This document shows, one piece after another, positions 8,846-18,780 of a stretch of DNA of 34,757 nt. A model generated the notes under the pieces. It made no database searches, was not told the origin of the DNA, and saw only the letters and a program-made list of their open reading frames with translations. The DNA is from a virus (Duplodnaviria > Heunggongvirae > Uroviricota > Caudoviricetes), in the IMG/VR virus record IMGVR_UViG_2778261151_000006, positions 1-34,757 of that record; one strand, 5' to 3'. Position 1 is the stretch's first letter. Every line of letters begins with the position of its first letter. A program made the translations under genes and the position numbers.

Positions 8846-9334
8846 ATGATGATGATCTACGGCATGTTTGTTTTTGAGCTGCGCACACTGCCGCATCAGC
8901 AGTTACAGCAAAACAAAAGCTGGCGGCATGTGAAAAATGAACGCGTTAACCGTTCAGCAAGCTGGCAGTATATAGGTGCAGGTGATGATCGCATTGTGCT
9001 TTCCGGCGTGCTTTATCCTGAAATTACAGGTGGCGAAGTGTCGCTTTCGTTGCTGACCACGCAGGCATATACAGGACGCCCCTGGCCTCTGATTGATGGT
9101 GTCGGGCAGATTTACGGCATGTATGTGCTGACTGAAACGAATACGACCCGTTCCGAGTTTGATCGCTACGGTAAGGCGAAAAAGATAGAATTTTCACTGA
9201 CCCTTGAACGCTGTGATGAGGATTTGCGGGAGCGCCTGCAATCCTCATCATTCAGCGATATGCTGTCCGGCTTCAAAGATAAGGTGACATCATCTCTTAA
9301 CAGCGCGGCCAGTTCAGTTAAAGGGCTGTTCTGA
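8846..9334 (+). CDS. Tail protein (P2 gpU-like)
   Basis: About 160 aa immediately after the tape measure gene; GAGGA SD at 8832-8836; start 8840 or 8846. Confidence 0.8.
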   Translation: MMMIYGMFVFELRTLPHQQLQQNKSWRHVKNERVNRSASWQYIGAGDDRIVLSGVLYPEITGGEVSLSLLTTQAYTGRPWPLIDGVGQIYGMYVLTETNTTRSEFDRYGKAKKIEFSLTLERCDEDLRERLQSSSFSDMLSGFKDKVTSSLNSAASSVKGLF

Positions 9335-9340
9335 TTTAAC

Positions 9341-9377
9341 ACAAAAACCGCTAATGGTCAGATTAGCGGTTATTTTG
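9341..9377. terminator. Bidirectional rho-independent terminator between convergent U and invertase genes
   Basis: Perfect hairpin aaccgctaat-ggtcag-attagcggtt flanked by A-run on one side and T-run on the other; overlaps the invertase stop codon. Confidence 0.75.
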
Positions 9378-9957
9378 TTTCCTGACTCTTCTCTATTGTT
9401 CCGATTGATTCTCCTGCGGGGTGGTAACGATAAATCGTCGATATACCAATGCCGTAAATTATTGCCAGTTGTTTTCTGTCGTGCCCGTTTTTGATCAGCC
9501 TTGCTATTTGCTCATGCTGTTCTTTTGTCAGCTTCGGTCGACGTCCGCCTGTGCGCCCCCGTGCGCGTGCTGCCGCCAGTCCGGCCAGTGTACGTTCAAC
9601 AATTAATTCACGTTCCATTTCAGCCAGGGCACCCATCACGTGGAAGAAAAAACGCCCCATTGGAGAAGATGTATCTATGCTGTCGGTCAGACTGCGAAAA
9701 TTAATTCCTCGCTCCCGTAGTTCCCCGACGAGAGAAATCAGATGTTTCATGCTTCGCCCGAGGCGATCCAGTTTCCAGACAACCAGCGTGTCACCTTTTT
9801 GAAGGCGCTTTAAAGCGCGTTTTAATCCCGGTCGGTCTGTCTTTGTCCCGCTTAATTTATCTTCAAATATTTGTTCACATCCTGCACAAACAAGAGCGTT
9901 TCGTTGCAGGTCTGTATTCTGGTCATTTGTTGATACCCTTACATAGCCAATCAGCAC
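9370..9957 (-). CDS. Serine DNA invertase (Gin/Hin/Cin/Pin family)
   Basis: N-terminus LIGYVRVSTNDQ with catalytic Ser motif and C-terminal HTH (IARLIKNGH...GIGISTIYRY); likely GTG start at 9955-9957 with GGGAG SD. Confidence 0.9.
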   Translation of the reverse strand: MLIGYVRVSTNDQNTDLQRNALVCAGCEQIFEDKLSGTKTDRPGLKRALKRLQKGDTLVVWKLDRLGRSMKHLISLVGELRERGINFRSLTDSIDTSSPMGRFFFHVMGALAEMERELIVERTLAGLAAARARGRTGGRRPKLTKEQHEQIARLIKNGHDRKQLAIIYGIGISTIYRYHPAGESIGTIEKSQETK

Positions 9958-10011
9958 GCTGAATCTCCCGTCCAAAAGCGCAAATCATGCCATGCAGGCC
10001 GGAAACGGCCA

Positions 10012-10037
10012 TTATCTAAAACCTCGGTTTACAGGAA
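10012..10037. repeat. Invertase crossover site (gix/hix-like), left boundary of invertible segment
   Basis: ttatctaaaacctcggtttacaggaa; its reverse complement matches the site at 13087-13112 over 17 contiguous bases (ttcctgtaaaccgaggt). Confidence 0.8.
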
Positions 10038-10982
10038 ACGGTAAATCAGGCTTCTGGCGCATTACAGAAAAACCAGAACGGCGCAGATATTCCGGGGAAA
10101 GATACCTTCACCAAAAATATTGGTGCCTGCCGCGCATATAGCTCATGGCTGAATATTGGTGGCGATAGTCAGGTCTGGACAACCGCGCAATTTATTTCGT
10201 GGCTGGAGAGTCAGGGAGCATTTAACCATCCTTACTGGATGTGCAAAGGCTCATGGGCTTATGCAAATAATAAGGTCATTACAGATACAGGTTGCGGAAA
10301 TATTTGTCTTGCAGGTGCTGTGGTGGAAGTTATTGGCACTCGCGGCGCAATGACCATACGCGTTACCACGCCGAGCACGTCCAGCGGTGGCGGAATTACT
10401 AACGCTCAATTCACTTATATTAATCATGGTGATGCTTACGCTCCTGGCTGGCGACGAGACTACAACACGAAAAATCAACAACCTGCATTTGCTTTAGGGC
10501 AAACAGGAAGCACTGTCGGAAATGATAAAGCTGTTGGCTGGAACTGGAATAGCGGGGTCTATAACGCAAACATTGGTGGCGCATCGACATTAATCCTCCA
10601 CTTCAATATGAATACGGGGAGCTGCCCTGCTGTACAGTTCCGCGTGAATTACAGGAACGGCGGTATTTTTTATCGTTCAGCGCGTGATGGTTATGGCTTT
10701 GAAGCTGACTGGTCAGAGTTTTACACCACAATCCGCAAACCCTCTGCGGGAGATGTTGGTGCATATACGCAGGCAGAATGTAACTCAAGGTTTATTACAG
10801 GTATTCGCCTTGGTGGTCTGTTATCTGTTCAGACATGGAATGGTCCCGGATGGTATGACAGGTCAGGTTATGTCGTTACGGGTTCAGTTAACGGAAACCG
10901 TGATGAATTAATTGATACAACTCAGGCAAGGCCAATTCAGTATTGCATTAATGGGACGTGGTATAACGCGGGGAGTATTTAA
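10020..10982 (+). CDS. Alternative tail-fibre C-terminal cassette (silent in this orientation; no own start)
   Basis: Frame open from the crossover site; begins LGLQETVN, the same residues encoded across the site in H; ends CINGTWYNAGSI, similar to the H C-terminus. Confidence 0.8.
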   Translation, partial: NLGLQETVNQASGALQKNQNGADIPGKDTFTKNIGACRAYSSWLNIGGDSQVWTTAQFISWLESQGAFNHPYWMCKGSWAYANNKVITDTGCGNICLAGAVVEVIGTRGAMTIRVTTPSTSSGGGITNAQFTYINHGDAYAPGWRRDYNTKNQQPAFALGQTGSTVGNDKAVGWNWNSGVYNANIGGASTLILHFNMNTGSCPAVQFRVNYRNGGIFYRSARDGYGFEADWSEFYTTIRKPSAGDVGAYTQAECNSRFITGIRLGGLLSVQTWNGPGWYDRSGYVVTGSVNGNRDELIDTTQARPIQYCINGTWYNAGSI

Positions 10983-10984
10983 CG

Positions 10985-11518
10985 ATGATGCACTTAAAAA
11001 ACATTTCTGCTGGTAATCCTGAAACAAAAGAGCAATACCAGCTAACAAAGCAATTTAACATCAAATGGCTTTATACAGAGGATGGGAAAAACTGGTATGA
11101 GGAGCAAAAGAACTTTCAGCCTGATACGTTGAAAATGGTCTATGACCACAACGGCGTTATTATTTGTATTGAAAAGGATGTTTCAGCAATTAATCCGGAA
11201 GGCGCAAGCGTCGTTGAGGTTCCTGATATTACAGCAAATCGCCGGGCTGATATTTCAGGTAAATGGATGTTCAAAGATGGCGTAGTGATAAAGCGAACTT
11301 ATACCGGGGAAGAGCAGAGGCAACAGGCGGAAAATGAAAAGCAAAGCCTGCTACAGCTCGTCAGGGATAAAACCCAGCTGTGGGACTCACAGCTACAGCT
11401 GGGCATCATTTCCGCCGGGAATAAGCAGAAATTAACCGAGTGGATGCTCTACGCGCAGAAGGTCGAATCCACAGACACCTCCAGTCTGCCAGTAACGTTT
11501 CCCGCACAACCAGAATGA
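10985..11518 (+). CDS. Alternative tail fibre assembly chaperone (gpG'/U'-like)
   Basis: 177 aa, N-terminus MMHLKNISAGNPET is a paralogue of the 11547-12074 product. Confidence 0.85.
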   Translation: MMHLKNISAGNPETKEQYQLTKQFNIKWLYTEDGKNWYEEQKNFQPDTLKMVYDHNGVIICIEKDVSAINPEGASVVEVPDITANRRADISGKWMFKDGVVIKRTYTGEEQRQQAENEKQSLLQLVRDKTQLWDSQLQLGIISAGNKQKLTEWMLYAQKVESTDTSSLPVTFPAQPE

Positions 11519-11546
11519 GAGAAGGCCCGCTATCGGGCCTTAATTT

Positions 11547-12074
11547 TTACTCTGGTTTTTGTGGCCATTCTGGCTTTGCCGTATCCACACGGCTGACCAG
11601 AACACTGTAGCGTTCCCATGCTTCCAGTCGTGCGCGTTCCTCATCTGTTGCCATATTCAGCCTGACAGAGCGCTCCAGCGGCTGAATAACGCTTTCTGCT
11701 TCGGAAAGTAACGCGGCCTTTTGTGATTCGGCCTGTTGTTGTTGCTCGTCTGCCGTATAAATCCGTTTAACTACAGCTCCATCCTTAAACATCCACTTTC
11801 CTGAATCATCAGCGCGGCGGTTGGCTGTAATATCAGGAACCTCAGCGACGCTAAAACCTTCAGGGTTAAGCGTGGAGGCATCTTTAGTGATGGCGACAAT
11901 AATATTATTTGCATCGTAAACAATCTTTATTGTGTCTGGCTGAAAGTTCTTCACTTCCTCATACCAGTTTTTTTCGTCCTCAGAGTAAAGCCAGATGACT
12001 CCGTGCTTCTTTGTTAACTCATACTGCTCCAGTGTTTTAGCATTACCCGCTTTTATGTTCTTTAAGTGCATCAT
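11547..12074 (-). CDS. Tail fibre assembly chaperone (P2 gpG-like), expressed orientation
   Basis: 175 aa immediately downstream of H; N-terminus [14 protein letters not shown]. Confidence 0.85.
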   Translation of the reverse strand: MMHLKNIKAGNAKTLEQYELTKKHGVIWLYSEDEKNWYEEVKNFQPDTIKIVYDANNIIVAITKDASTLNPEGFSVAEVPDITANRRADDSGKWMFKDGAVVKRIYTADEQQQQAESQKAALLSEAESVIQPLERSVRLNMATDEERARLEAWERYSVLVSRVDTAKPEWPQKPE

Positions 12075-12075
12075 A

Positions 12076-14244
12076 TTAAACGCTCGCTACATTATACCAT
12101 GTGCCATTTATATACTTTTGAACGGGTCTGTAATAAACGCCAGCTATATTATCGGCAGAGTTTTTGCCTGTATCCTGAACATTAATACCAGACAATACAT
12201 GACCTGAAGGGCACTGGAAATTCCATGTTTGCCAGTTATTCACACCATAATATTGCTGTGAGCCAAGCCGGACATCTTTCACATATCTGGAGTCAAAATT
12301 GCCATAATTGCCGGGAATAACTTGCGCACCACAAAGCCAGTTACCGTTATTATCCATGTACGCCTGACCATCGGTGCCATTGGCTGTCCTTGAGTTATTA
12401 ATCATGTAGATGCCAAATTGCTTATTCCCCAGCCCACCAATTACGAATTTACGGTCGGTATGGTCCTGGCGAAGCAATGCCTGCGCACCATCGTTGGATA
12501 CCGCATTACGGCCCAGAATAACATTCTGGTCACGCATATGAATCCACATGCCGGTACTACTGTTAATTGCAAAACGGTTTGCAAATATATCTCCTGTAAC
12601 AACCAGACCATGCCCCATGCTTATCCGGCCAGTTCTGAGATTAAGCGTAAAGGGGCGTAATGGCCCTATATTACCATTTTCTCCCTCATTCTCTCGTGTA
12701 GGGATGATATGCAGGCATTCTTCAGAACGGCGAAAAATGGCACCAAAAGATGAATTAAATATCCTCAGTGCATTGACTGTCGATATTTTCACTTCACTGC
12801 TGAAAAGGGCTTTAACAAGAACAGACAAAGCATTCCATTTAAGATTCATCAGGTCTTTAGGCCGGGTGCCAATGATGCGGTGTCTCCATTTGAAATACTC
12901 ATTGCCGTTGTCGCCTGTTTCAAACCACATGTATGAATCAGTATCGCTGTCGGCATCATTTTTAAAACCAATCTTTGCCCAGTCAGTATTCCGAATCCAG
13001 GCAAGGATTGAGTCGTTTTCAAAAGTAAGCCCACCGGACAAGATATCGCCTGTCTTTTGGACGGCGTTACCAGCCTTGTTTACCGTTTCCTGTAAACCGA
13101 GGTATTCGATAACGGCGGCAACGGTCGATTTCGCAAGAATATCCCGCCCTACTTTTGTCAGAGTTGCCAGGCTGGCGACATCATTCCCCGTAAAATACGG
13201 AAACCTGTCTGCCGCAGTAGCAAGCCCGGCCAGCGCCGTCAGGGTGGCATCTTTCGGTTGCTTACCCGCAAGCGCGTTAGTCATGGTGGTCGCAAAATTC
13301 GGGTCGTTGCCCAGCGCCGCCGCCAGCTCGTTCAGCGTGTTCAGTGCGTCAGGTGAAGAGTCTACAAGTGCGGCAATCGCGGCCATAACGAAAGCCGTGC
13401 TTGCGATTTGGGTATTATTCGTTCCCTGTTGTGCAGTTGGTGTTGTTGGCGTTCCGGTCAGTGCCGGGCTGTTTAATGGGGCTTTCTTGTTCGTTTCATC
13501 CATTACCGCCTTAACCGCTTTTGGTGTCGCTGCCAGCGTTTCAGACGTGCTGTTGGTTGCACTGCTGAGCTGGACTATCCCTTTTCGTGCCGTCGTGGCG
13601 TCCTGAGCGGTATATTTTCCGTTAGCCAGGTCATACGCGGCCTTAACCGCTTTCGGCGTTGCGGCCAGCGTTTCAGACGTGCTGTTGGTGGCGTTGCTGA
13701 GCTGGACAAGGCCTTTTGCGGTCAGCGAGGCGTCCGGGTGACGTCGTGACTGTTCATGCTCTTTCAGTTTGTCATCCACGTAATTCACTGTGGCCATCAC
13801 CATGGTGTTATCCACGGTAAGCGCCACAGTGGCAGTGCTGGATACGGTCAGAATGGTGCGAAATGTTTGTGCACGTCCGGATCCTTCGGCAACGGTTGGC
13901 TTGTAACTTTCGGCAGTATTGCCTACCGCGATCAAATCGCCGTGCTCATCAAACACACCAATTTCCCGGATCCAGAATCCGCCCGTTTCAGGAGGAATAA
14001 CCAGCTCCGCAATAATGTGGTTCTGATGTGTTGCGTCCAGGGTGACGCGATTAACGGTATGTCGCCACACCTCATGCACAAGACGGGTCTGCTTACTGTC
14101 TGGCGTGGGTAAAGTACCGCCGCCGTCACCCACGGCCATATGTGTCAGGCGGACAGGCTTGCCATCTGACGCGGCTGCCTGAGCTAATTTTTTGGCACCA
14201 GTATCAGTGATAATGGTTTTAAATTTTCGTGTTGTGGTACTCAT
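12076..14244 (-). CDS. Tail fibre protein (P2 gpH-like); constant N-terminal part plus invertible C-terminal part
   Basis: 722 aa; contains the duplicated motif [21 protein letters not shown] and C-terminus [12 protein letters not shown]; crossover site inside the coding sequence. Confidence 0.9.
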   Translation of the reverse strand: MSTTTRKFKTIITDTGAKKLAQAAASDGKPVRLTHMAVGDGGGTLPTPDSKQTRLVHEVWRHTVNRVTLDATHQNHIIAELVIPPETGGFWIREIGVFDEHGDLIAVGNTAESYKPTVAEGSGRAQTFRTILTVSSTATVALTVDNTMVMATVNYVDDKLKEHEQSRRHPDASLTAKGLVQLSNATNSTSETLAATPKAVKAAYDLANGKYTAQDATTARKGIVQLSSATNSTSETLAATPKAVKAVMDETNKKAPLNSPALTGTPTTPTAQQGTNNTQIASTAFVMAAIAALVDSSPDALNTLNELAAALGNDPNFATTMTNALAGKQPKDATLTALAGLATAADRFPYFTGNDVASLATLTKVGRDILAKSTVAAVIEYLGLQETVNKAGNAVQKTGDILSGGLTFENDSILAWIRNTDWAKIGFKNDADSDTDSYMWFETGDNGNEYFKWRHRIIGTRPKDLMNLKWNALSVLVKALFSSEVKISTVNALRIFNSSFGAIFRRSEECLHIIPTRENEGENGNIGPLRPFTLNLRTGRISMGHGLVVTGDIFANRFAINSSTGMWIHMRDQNVILGRNAVSNDGAQALLRQDHTDRKFVIGGLGNKQFGIYMINNSRTANGTDGQAYMDNNGNWLCGAQVIPGNYGNFDSRYVKDVRLGSQQYYGVNNWQTWNFQCPSGHVLSGINVQDTGKNSADNIAGVYYRPVQKYINGTWYNVASV
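13087..13112. repeat. Invertase crossover site (gix/hix-like) inside the tail fibre gene
   Basis: ttcctgtaaaccgaggtattcgataa, inverted relative to the site at 10012-10037. Confidence 0.8.
13509..13706. repeat. Tandem about 66-bp duplication (period 132 bp) within the tail fibre gene
   Basis: Two near-identical copies ccttaaccgctttyggygt...gctgagctgga at 13509-13574 and 13641-13706. Confidence 0.6.
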
Positions 14245-14246
14245 GC

Positions 14247-14777
14247 TTAATCGTCCGGATAAATGGTAATGACTTCACCGTCGTAAGTTGCTGCCGCCGC
14301 GAAAATATCTCCCGGGATCTCCTGAATGATATTCAGCCCTGTCATGTGGCGGCTGACCGGGCGGGCATCAGCAATCAACCGCTCCATTTCCAGATACATT
14401 TCCTCCGTCACGCCACTGTCCAGCGTGCCAACATCAATCTTGAATGTTCCGGGTTCGCCGTTGAACTCCCACCACTCAGACACGCGAATGAGGTATCCCA
14501 GCGGCTCAATGGCCCGTCGCAGGGCGCTGATGGTTCCTTTGTGTCGGTGTATCAGCCATGCATCACGAATCACCTGTCGCTTTGTCTCTTCCGGCCAGTT
14601 GCGATCCCAGCGGTCAACGGAAAACGCCCAGGCGAGATAAGGCAGCAGATGCACCGGGCAGGTGTCCGGCGACCACAGCGTGTTGAGGTCTGCCGGAATG
14701 TCTGTAATGCGTGTTCCGACGGCTTCGGCACAACGCATGAAATTGCTGGCTGATGGTGGTAACAGTGAATTACTCAT
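14247..14777 (-). CDS. Baseplate assembly protein (P2 gpI-like)
   Basis: 176 aa from ATG 14775-14777; position between J and H. Confidence 0.8.
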   Translation of the reverse strand: MSNSLLPPSASNFMRCAEAVGTRITDIPADLNTLWSPDTCPVHLLPYLAWAFSVDRWDRNWPEETKRQVIRDAWLIHRHKGTISALRRAIEPLGYLIRVSEWWEFNGEPGTFKIDVGTLDSGVTEEMYLEMERLIADARPVSRHMTGLNIIQEIPGDIFAAAATYDGEVITIYPDD

Positions 14778-15666
14778 TACGCCCACCTTCGCTGATGGTG
14801 AATGACTCACAGCGCGCCGCCTGTATGTCGCTGATGGCCATATTCTGTGTGGGTTCGATTATCTCCACGCGTTGCACACCGTGCACATGCAGTGCGGCAG
14901 CAATGGCGGACAACGCCACGTCCTGACCGATAAGCCCCTGCTCAGCCAGCCACTTCCTGAACGACGATTCAGCCGCAGCCAGAATAGGTTCGGATTCCGG
15001 ACCGGGGTAAAAGTACAGTTTTGCATTCAGCCGCCATGTCACGATTCTGGCACTCTGTACGGTCAGGCGGTCGGCCACCGGGCGGGTATCCTCTGCATTC
15101 AGAACGGCGCGAACGGTATTAAGCAACGCCTCCGTTGCTGTGCCGTCGCCCTCAGTGGACAGGATGGAAACCGTCACATTTGCCGGAGACGGACTGATGG
15201 CCCGCGCATCGCGCACCAGACCGCTGGCGCTGCGGGCAAAATACTCGTATGCGCCTGACGGGCCTGCAACACTCAGGCCGTCATACGCCCGCTGCGCCCG
15301 CAGTCTCAGCGAGGTGTCGTTCTCCATCACCACGTCGGTGGTATCCGTTGCCGGAGTGATAACCAGGCGCTTTGTGTTCATATTGCCCGCGAGGTTGTCC
15401 AGGTCTGTTCCGGCGCTGTGGCTCAACATGCAGGCGCGTGCGGCCTCATTGACCCGCTGGCGTAACAGCATTTCACGAAACGACATGGTTTGAGCGATAA
15501 CGTTCAGGGGTTCCGATTCCAGTTCCAGTGCGGCGGAGACGACTTCACGCTGTTCGGCGGGATAAGCTGCAATCATCATGGCCTTTGTGTCAGCCAGAAT
15601 TGCCTCAAAGTCAGGCTCCGCGATGATGGCGGGTTCCGGTAACTGGGAAAGGTCAACGGCAGGCAT
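14770..15666 (-). CDS. Baseplate assembly protein (P2 gpJ-like)
   Basis: 298 aa; size and position match gpJ. Confidence 0.85.
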   Translation of the reverse strand: MPAVDLSQLPEPAIIAEPDFEAILADTKAMMIAAYPAEQREVVSAALELESEPLNVIAQTMSFREMLLRQRVNEAARACMLSHSAGTDLDNLAGNMNTKRLVITPATDTTDVVMENDTSLRLRAQRAYDGLSVAGPSGAYEYFARSASGLVRDARAISPSPANVTVSILSTEGDGTATEALLNTVRAVLNAEDTRPVADRLTVQSARIVTWRLNAKLYFYPGPESEPILAAAESSFRKWLAEQGLIGQDVALSAIAAALHVHGVQRVEIIEPTQNMAISDIQAARCESFTISEGGRNE

Positions 15667-15669
15667 GAT

Positions 15670-16020
15670 TTACTCCCTCAGCGTGATGGTTAATTCAACA
15701 TTCTGCATGGTCTGCATGACAGTGCCCGACAGCGTCACCCCGGCGTGGCCTCCTGCCTTCCAGACAACGTCGATGGCGTTCAGGGCAATGCGTGGTTCCC
15801 ATCGTGTCAGTGCAATCACGGTAGCACTCATGCATTGCAGACGCGTGGTGTTATTCATGGGTTCGTCAATCAAATCAGGCACAAGGCTGCCATATTCCCG
15901 TCGCATAACCCGGCTTGCCAGCGGGGTGGTCAGGATGTCCCTGACTGACTGTTTCAGGTGCGCCATATCGTTCAGGTTTCCCGTCCCGTCCGGGTTCATT
16001 CCTGTGTAGCGGGTTGTCAC
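15670..16020 (-). CDS. Baseplate assembly protein (P2 gpW-like)
   Basis: 116 aa; position between V and J. Confidence 0.8.
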   Translation of the reverse strand: MTTRYTGMNPDGTGNLNDMAHLKQSVRDILTTPLASRVMRREYGSLVPDLIDEPMNNTTRLQCMSATVIALTRWEPRIALNAIDVVWKAGGHAGVTLSGTVMQTMQNVELTITLRE

Positions 16021-16598
16021 TGCGGGCCTCCTGTCGAATCGCTGCCACCTTTAACGCCACCGTGCTTATGCGTATGCACTGTGATGCCGTTTGAGGTGAA
16101 ATCGCCGCCGCTGTGCGTGATATTGCCGCTCATCGTTCCCCCTTTTGTGACGTCAAGCGTCGCTGTTCTCAGAAGGTCTGTGCATTCCACGACAGGCGTG
16201 TTCAGTGTCACGCTGATGGATGCCTGCAAAGTGGCCGTTTTCATGCCGCTTGCGCTCAGTGCGCCTGCGTCCGCGTCGTAGCGGAACACCGCGCCGTCCG
16301 GCGCGCTGACCACGATTTCTTTCAGGCTTTTGCCGGGTGCCGGAATGGCATCACTCCACAGGCTGCCGATTATCATGGCGGTTTCCGGGTTGCCGCCGAT
16401 GCAGGCAATTGCCACCTGTTCGCCTGGTGATGGCGGAAACCACACGTTGAAGTCTCCCGCGCGCGTGGTGTTCCAGCGCAGCCAGCCTGTTTCCAGTTCG
16501 CCGCTGCGAACGCGCACGCACCAGGATTCCTCATCAACTTCAGAGATGATCCCGGTGCGGATGATATTGCTCAGCAGTCGCATGAGTTCTGCGCTCAT
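16017..16598 (-). CDS. Baseplate spike protein (P2 gpV-like)
   Basis: 193 aa; overlapping start/stop with neighbours; position. Confidence 0.8.
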   Translation of the reverse strand: MSAELMRLLSNIIRTGIISEVDEESWCVRVRSGELETGWLRWNTTRAGDFNVWFPPSPGEQVAIACIGGNPETAMIIGSLWSDAIPAPGKSLKEIVVSAPDGAVFRYDADAGALSASGMKTATLQASISVTLNTPVVECTDLLRTATLDVTKGGTMSGNITHSGGDFTSNGITVHTHKHGGVKGGSDSTGGPQ

Positions 16599-17230
16599 CG
16601 TACAGCCTCCGCAATCCGGCCCAGCACCGTGTTATAAATCAGGCGCTCATCTGCCTGGCTGATACCCAGCAGCTCACGTACCGGGTAATCGGTGAAAATG
16701 CCCGGCGCAACCTGATCGCGCTCACCGAACTGATGAACGCGTGCAATACGTGCGGCCACGCCGCTGTAACCCACCGTCACACCGGAAGCATCTGCACGGG
16801 CTTTCAGGTAGCGGGCGGTGCGCAGTTTTACGAACATGGAGACGCGCCTGGTGCTGTCCTGGTTGATGCGCCGGGTGCGTATTTCCAGAAAACGGTCGAT
16901 GTCATCCCGGTAAAACGTGCGGATATTGTTTTTATCCTCATCCCACCCGGTGATGGTTCGCCCGTATTTCCCCGTGTCGTGATGCCAGTTTTTCAGCGTG
17001 CGTGCTTCGTTATTCCAGATAAAGCGAATGCGCTCCTGTATCCGGGTTACGCGGCGTCTGCGTGGTGTCCATGCGGTCCCGTCCGGCGCTTTCTGTGACC
17101 GGATACGCGCCTGCTGGGCGCGGCGTAAATCCTGTGCCAGCTTTCTGGCGATGTTATTAATGGCCTGCTGATTCAGGCTGTCGCGGATAGCCTCAAAGGT
17201 TTCATCCACGCGGGTGAATGCCTTATCCAT
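16595..17230 (-). CDS. Tail completion / virion morphogenesis protein (P2 gpS-like)
   Basis: 211 aa; position between R and V; family assignment by synteny only. Confidence 0.65.
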   Translation of the reverse strand: MDKAFTRVDETFEAIRDSLNQQAINNIARKLAQDLRRAQQARIRSQKAPDGTAWTPRRRRVTRIQERIRFIWNNEARTLKNWHHDTGKYGRTITGWDEDKNNIRTFYRDDIDRFLEIRTRRINQDSTRRVSMFVKLRTARYLKARADASGVTVGYSGVAARIARVHQFGERDQVAPGIFTDYPVRELLGISQADERLIYNTVLGRIAEAVR

Positions 17231-17690
17231 CGCTTTCCCCCCACGTCACATCCTGGAATACATGCGACCAGTCGCCTTCGGAAGAGGGCAGGCGGGGTTT
17301 TGGCTCCGGCAGGTGTTCTGCCTGCGGTGTGCCCTGACTGCTGCGCGTGATGCGAACGCGTTCCCGCAGGGGGAGCGTAAACAGGAGATCGGCGCTGTCA
17401 TCGTCATTGATAACGGCGGAAAATTTGATGTCCTGATTACGCTCCGGATTGAGCAACAACTGTGGCTGATTTTCGGATAACCACGCCAGCAGCGGCAGCG
17501 TGAGGTCGTCCAGCTCTCCGGCGTAATCCATGACAAACATCACTATCTGATAGCGGTAAACAAACGATGGGGTTTCTCCGGTCGTTTCAATGTTGCCGCT
17601 CTCCACGAAAATGGTGAATTTTTCCGGGTTGGCATGACACCACCGGCATGAACGGGTCATGGCTTCACGCAGGGAATCAGTTTTCAGCAT
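17223..17690 (-). CDS. Tail completion protein (P2 gpR-like)
   Basis: 155 aa; position after the lysis cassette. Confidence 0.7.
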   Translation of the reverse strand: MLKTDSLREAMTRSCRWCHANPEKFTIFVESGNIETTGETPSFVYRYQIVMFVMDYAGELDDLTLPLLAWLSENQPQLLLNPERNQDIKFSAVINDDDSADLLFTLPLRERVRITRSSQGTPQAEHLPEPKPRLPSSEGDWSHVFQDVTWGESDG

Positions 17691-17997
17691 GGTTGTTGTC
17701 CTCGTTGTTCAGTCGTTGCAGCCTGCGCTGTTCCAGTAATTCAATGGCCCGCTTATCGGCGTTACAGGTTTCCAGTGCGTCCATGAGGCTGTCGCTCCAT
17801 ATCCCGATGTTTCCCCATGATGGCGTCACCGGAAACGGCGGGGGAAGTACGGGGGCGGTCAGCCCTTCCGGGATGAAACGGAACGACGGCGGCGGCGCGG
17901 ACGCGTTCTGCGTGCTGGTGCAACCGCTCAGTAAAGCGAGCGTCAGGAACAGCGCGGGCACATGCATCTGTCGTGATATCGTTGCGTAGCTGTTCAC
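17677..17997 (-). CDS. Outer-membrane spanin lipoprotein (Rz1/LysC-like o-spanin)
   Basis: Lipobox LTLALLSGC followed by proline-rich sequence; overlaps the 3' end of the i-spanin gene in another frame; start GTG 17997 or ATG 17967. Confidence 0.65.
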   Translation of the reverse strand: MNSYATISRQMHVPALFLTLALLSGCTSTQNASAPPPSFRFIPEGLTAPVLPPPFPVTPSWGNIGIWSDSLMDALETCNADKRAIELLEQRRLQRLNNEDNNHAEN

Positions 17998-18235
17998 GTC
18001 GGATTTCCCCTTCCTGTTGTCGGTTCTGGCGCGCTGTCATGACGTCACGCAGTACACCGGATGCGGTGCTGATGATGGTGCCGGCCTCTTTCAGGGTCCG
18101 GCTGTAATCGTCCAGTTGCGCCTGTGTATAACGGTTGTGTCCGTCTTCCTGCCCCAGTCTGAATGTCTGCCAGAGTGTTATGGTCAGCAGCGTGAGGACG
18201 GTCAGTGCCATCATCAGGATGTAACGCACTTTCAT
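17762..18235 (-). CDS. Inner-membrane spanin (Rz/LysB-like i-spanin)
   Basis: N-terminal transmembrane helix then charged, coiled-coil-like region; directly downstream of the endolysin gene. Confidence 0.65.
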   Translation of the reverse strand: MKVRYILMMALTVLTLLTITLWQTFRLGQEDGHNRYTQAQLDDYSRTLKEAGTIISTASGVLRDVMTARQNRQQEGEIRREQLRNDITTDACARAVPDARFTERLHQHAERVRAAAVVPFHPGRADRPRTSPAVSGDAIMGKHRDMERQPHGRTGNL

Positions 18236-18780
18236 GACTGGCCTCCGGTGTCACGTAAGCACCATGCACGAAAATCAGTACGACGGTTAACCAGTCCCTG
18301 TGAGCGTTCGCCGCCGCTGTTCACGAAGTCAGTCAGTCTGTTGCACATGTCAGGCCAGTTGTGCGCCTGTGCATGTTTCCAGATAGTGGTGCGGTGGTAG
18401 TTACGGTTCTTATCCCTGAACCACATAAGATTTCTGCATCCAAGATTAAAGGCGGCATCTGTCATTGCCTCAAACGCGGACTGTGGCATGGCGTTGCCGC
18501 TGAAGTTCTGATTTATGCAGTTTTCTGCATGTTGCATATCATTAACCCAGCGCCCGGCGACTTCCGTTTCGGTGTACAGACGATTTTCCACATGCCCGGT
18601 CGAGCCGCACCCCACGGTCATTACCCCGGCAATATCCCGGTAAGGCGTTGCGCGACAGTCCTCCCATGTGGCAATGCGGATTTGCGCTTCCGGGCTGGTC
18701 CGGAGTTTGTGAGGGGCAATGGAGAACCCCAGCGCCACAATGGCGGCTACGGCGTAACGTTTAACGGGCAGCTTTATCAT
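18232..18780 (-). CDS. SAR endolysin (phage lysozyme with N-terminal signal-anchor-release domain)
   Basis: Weakly hydrophobic N-terminal segment AVAAIVALGFSIA followed by E-x8-D-x5-T catalytic triad spacing (ATWEDCRATPYRDIAGVMTVGCG) typical of phage lysozymes. Confidence 0.8.
   Translation of the reverse strand: MIKLPVKRYAVAAIVALGFSIAPHKLRTSPEAQIRIATWEDCRATPYRDIAGVMTVGCGSTGHVENRLYTETEVAGRWVNDMQHAENCINQNFSGNAMPQSAFEAMTDAAFNLGCRNLMWFRDKNRNYHRTTIWKHAQAHNWPDMCNRLTDFVNSGGERSQGLVNRRTDFRAWCLRDTGGQS

Larger units (their letters stand above)
10012..13112. other. Invertible tail-fibre DNA segment (Mu G-segment-like host-range switch)
   Basis: Bounded by inverted crossover sites; holds two oppositely oriented sets of tail-fibre C-terminus plus chaperone; invertase gene adjacent. 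Confidence 0.8.

Noticed and set aside
2179-9377. Recent invertase-mediated inversion of the FI-U block
   Set aside because: No crossover-like site found at either boundary, and both junctions carry purpose-built signals (divergent SDs, bidirectional terminator).
12548-13606. 352-aa plus-strand ORF inside tail fibre gene H
   Set aside because: Antisense to H; no start context; Ala/Ser-rich low-complexity product.
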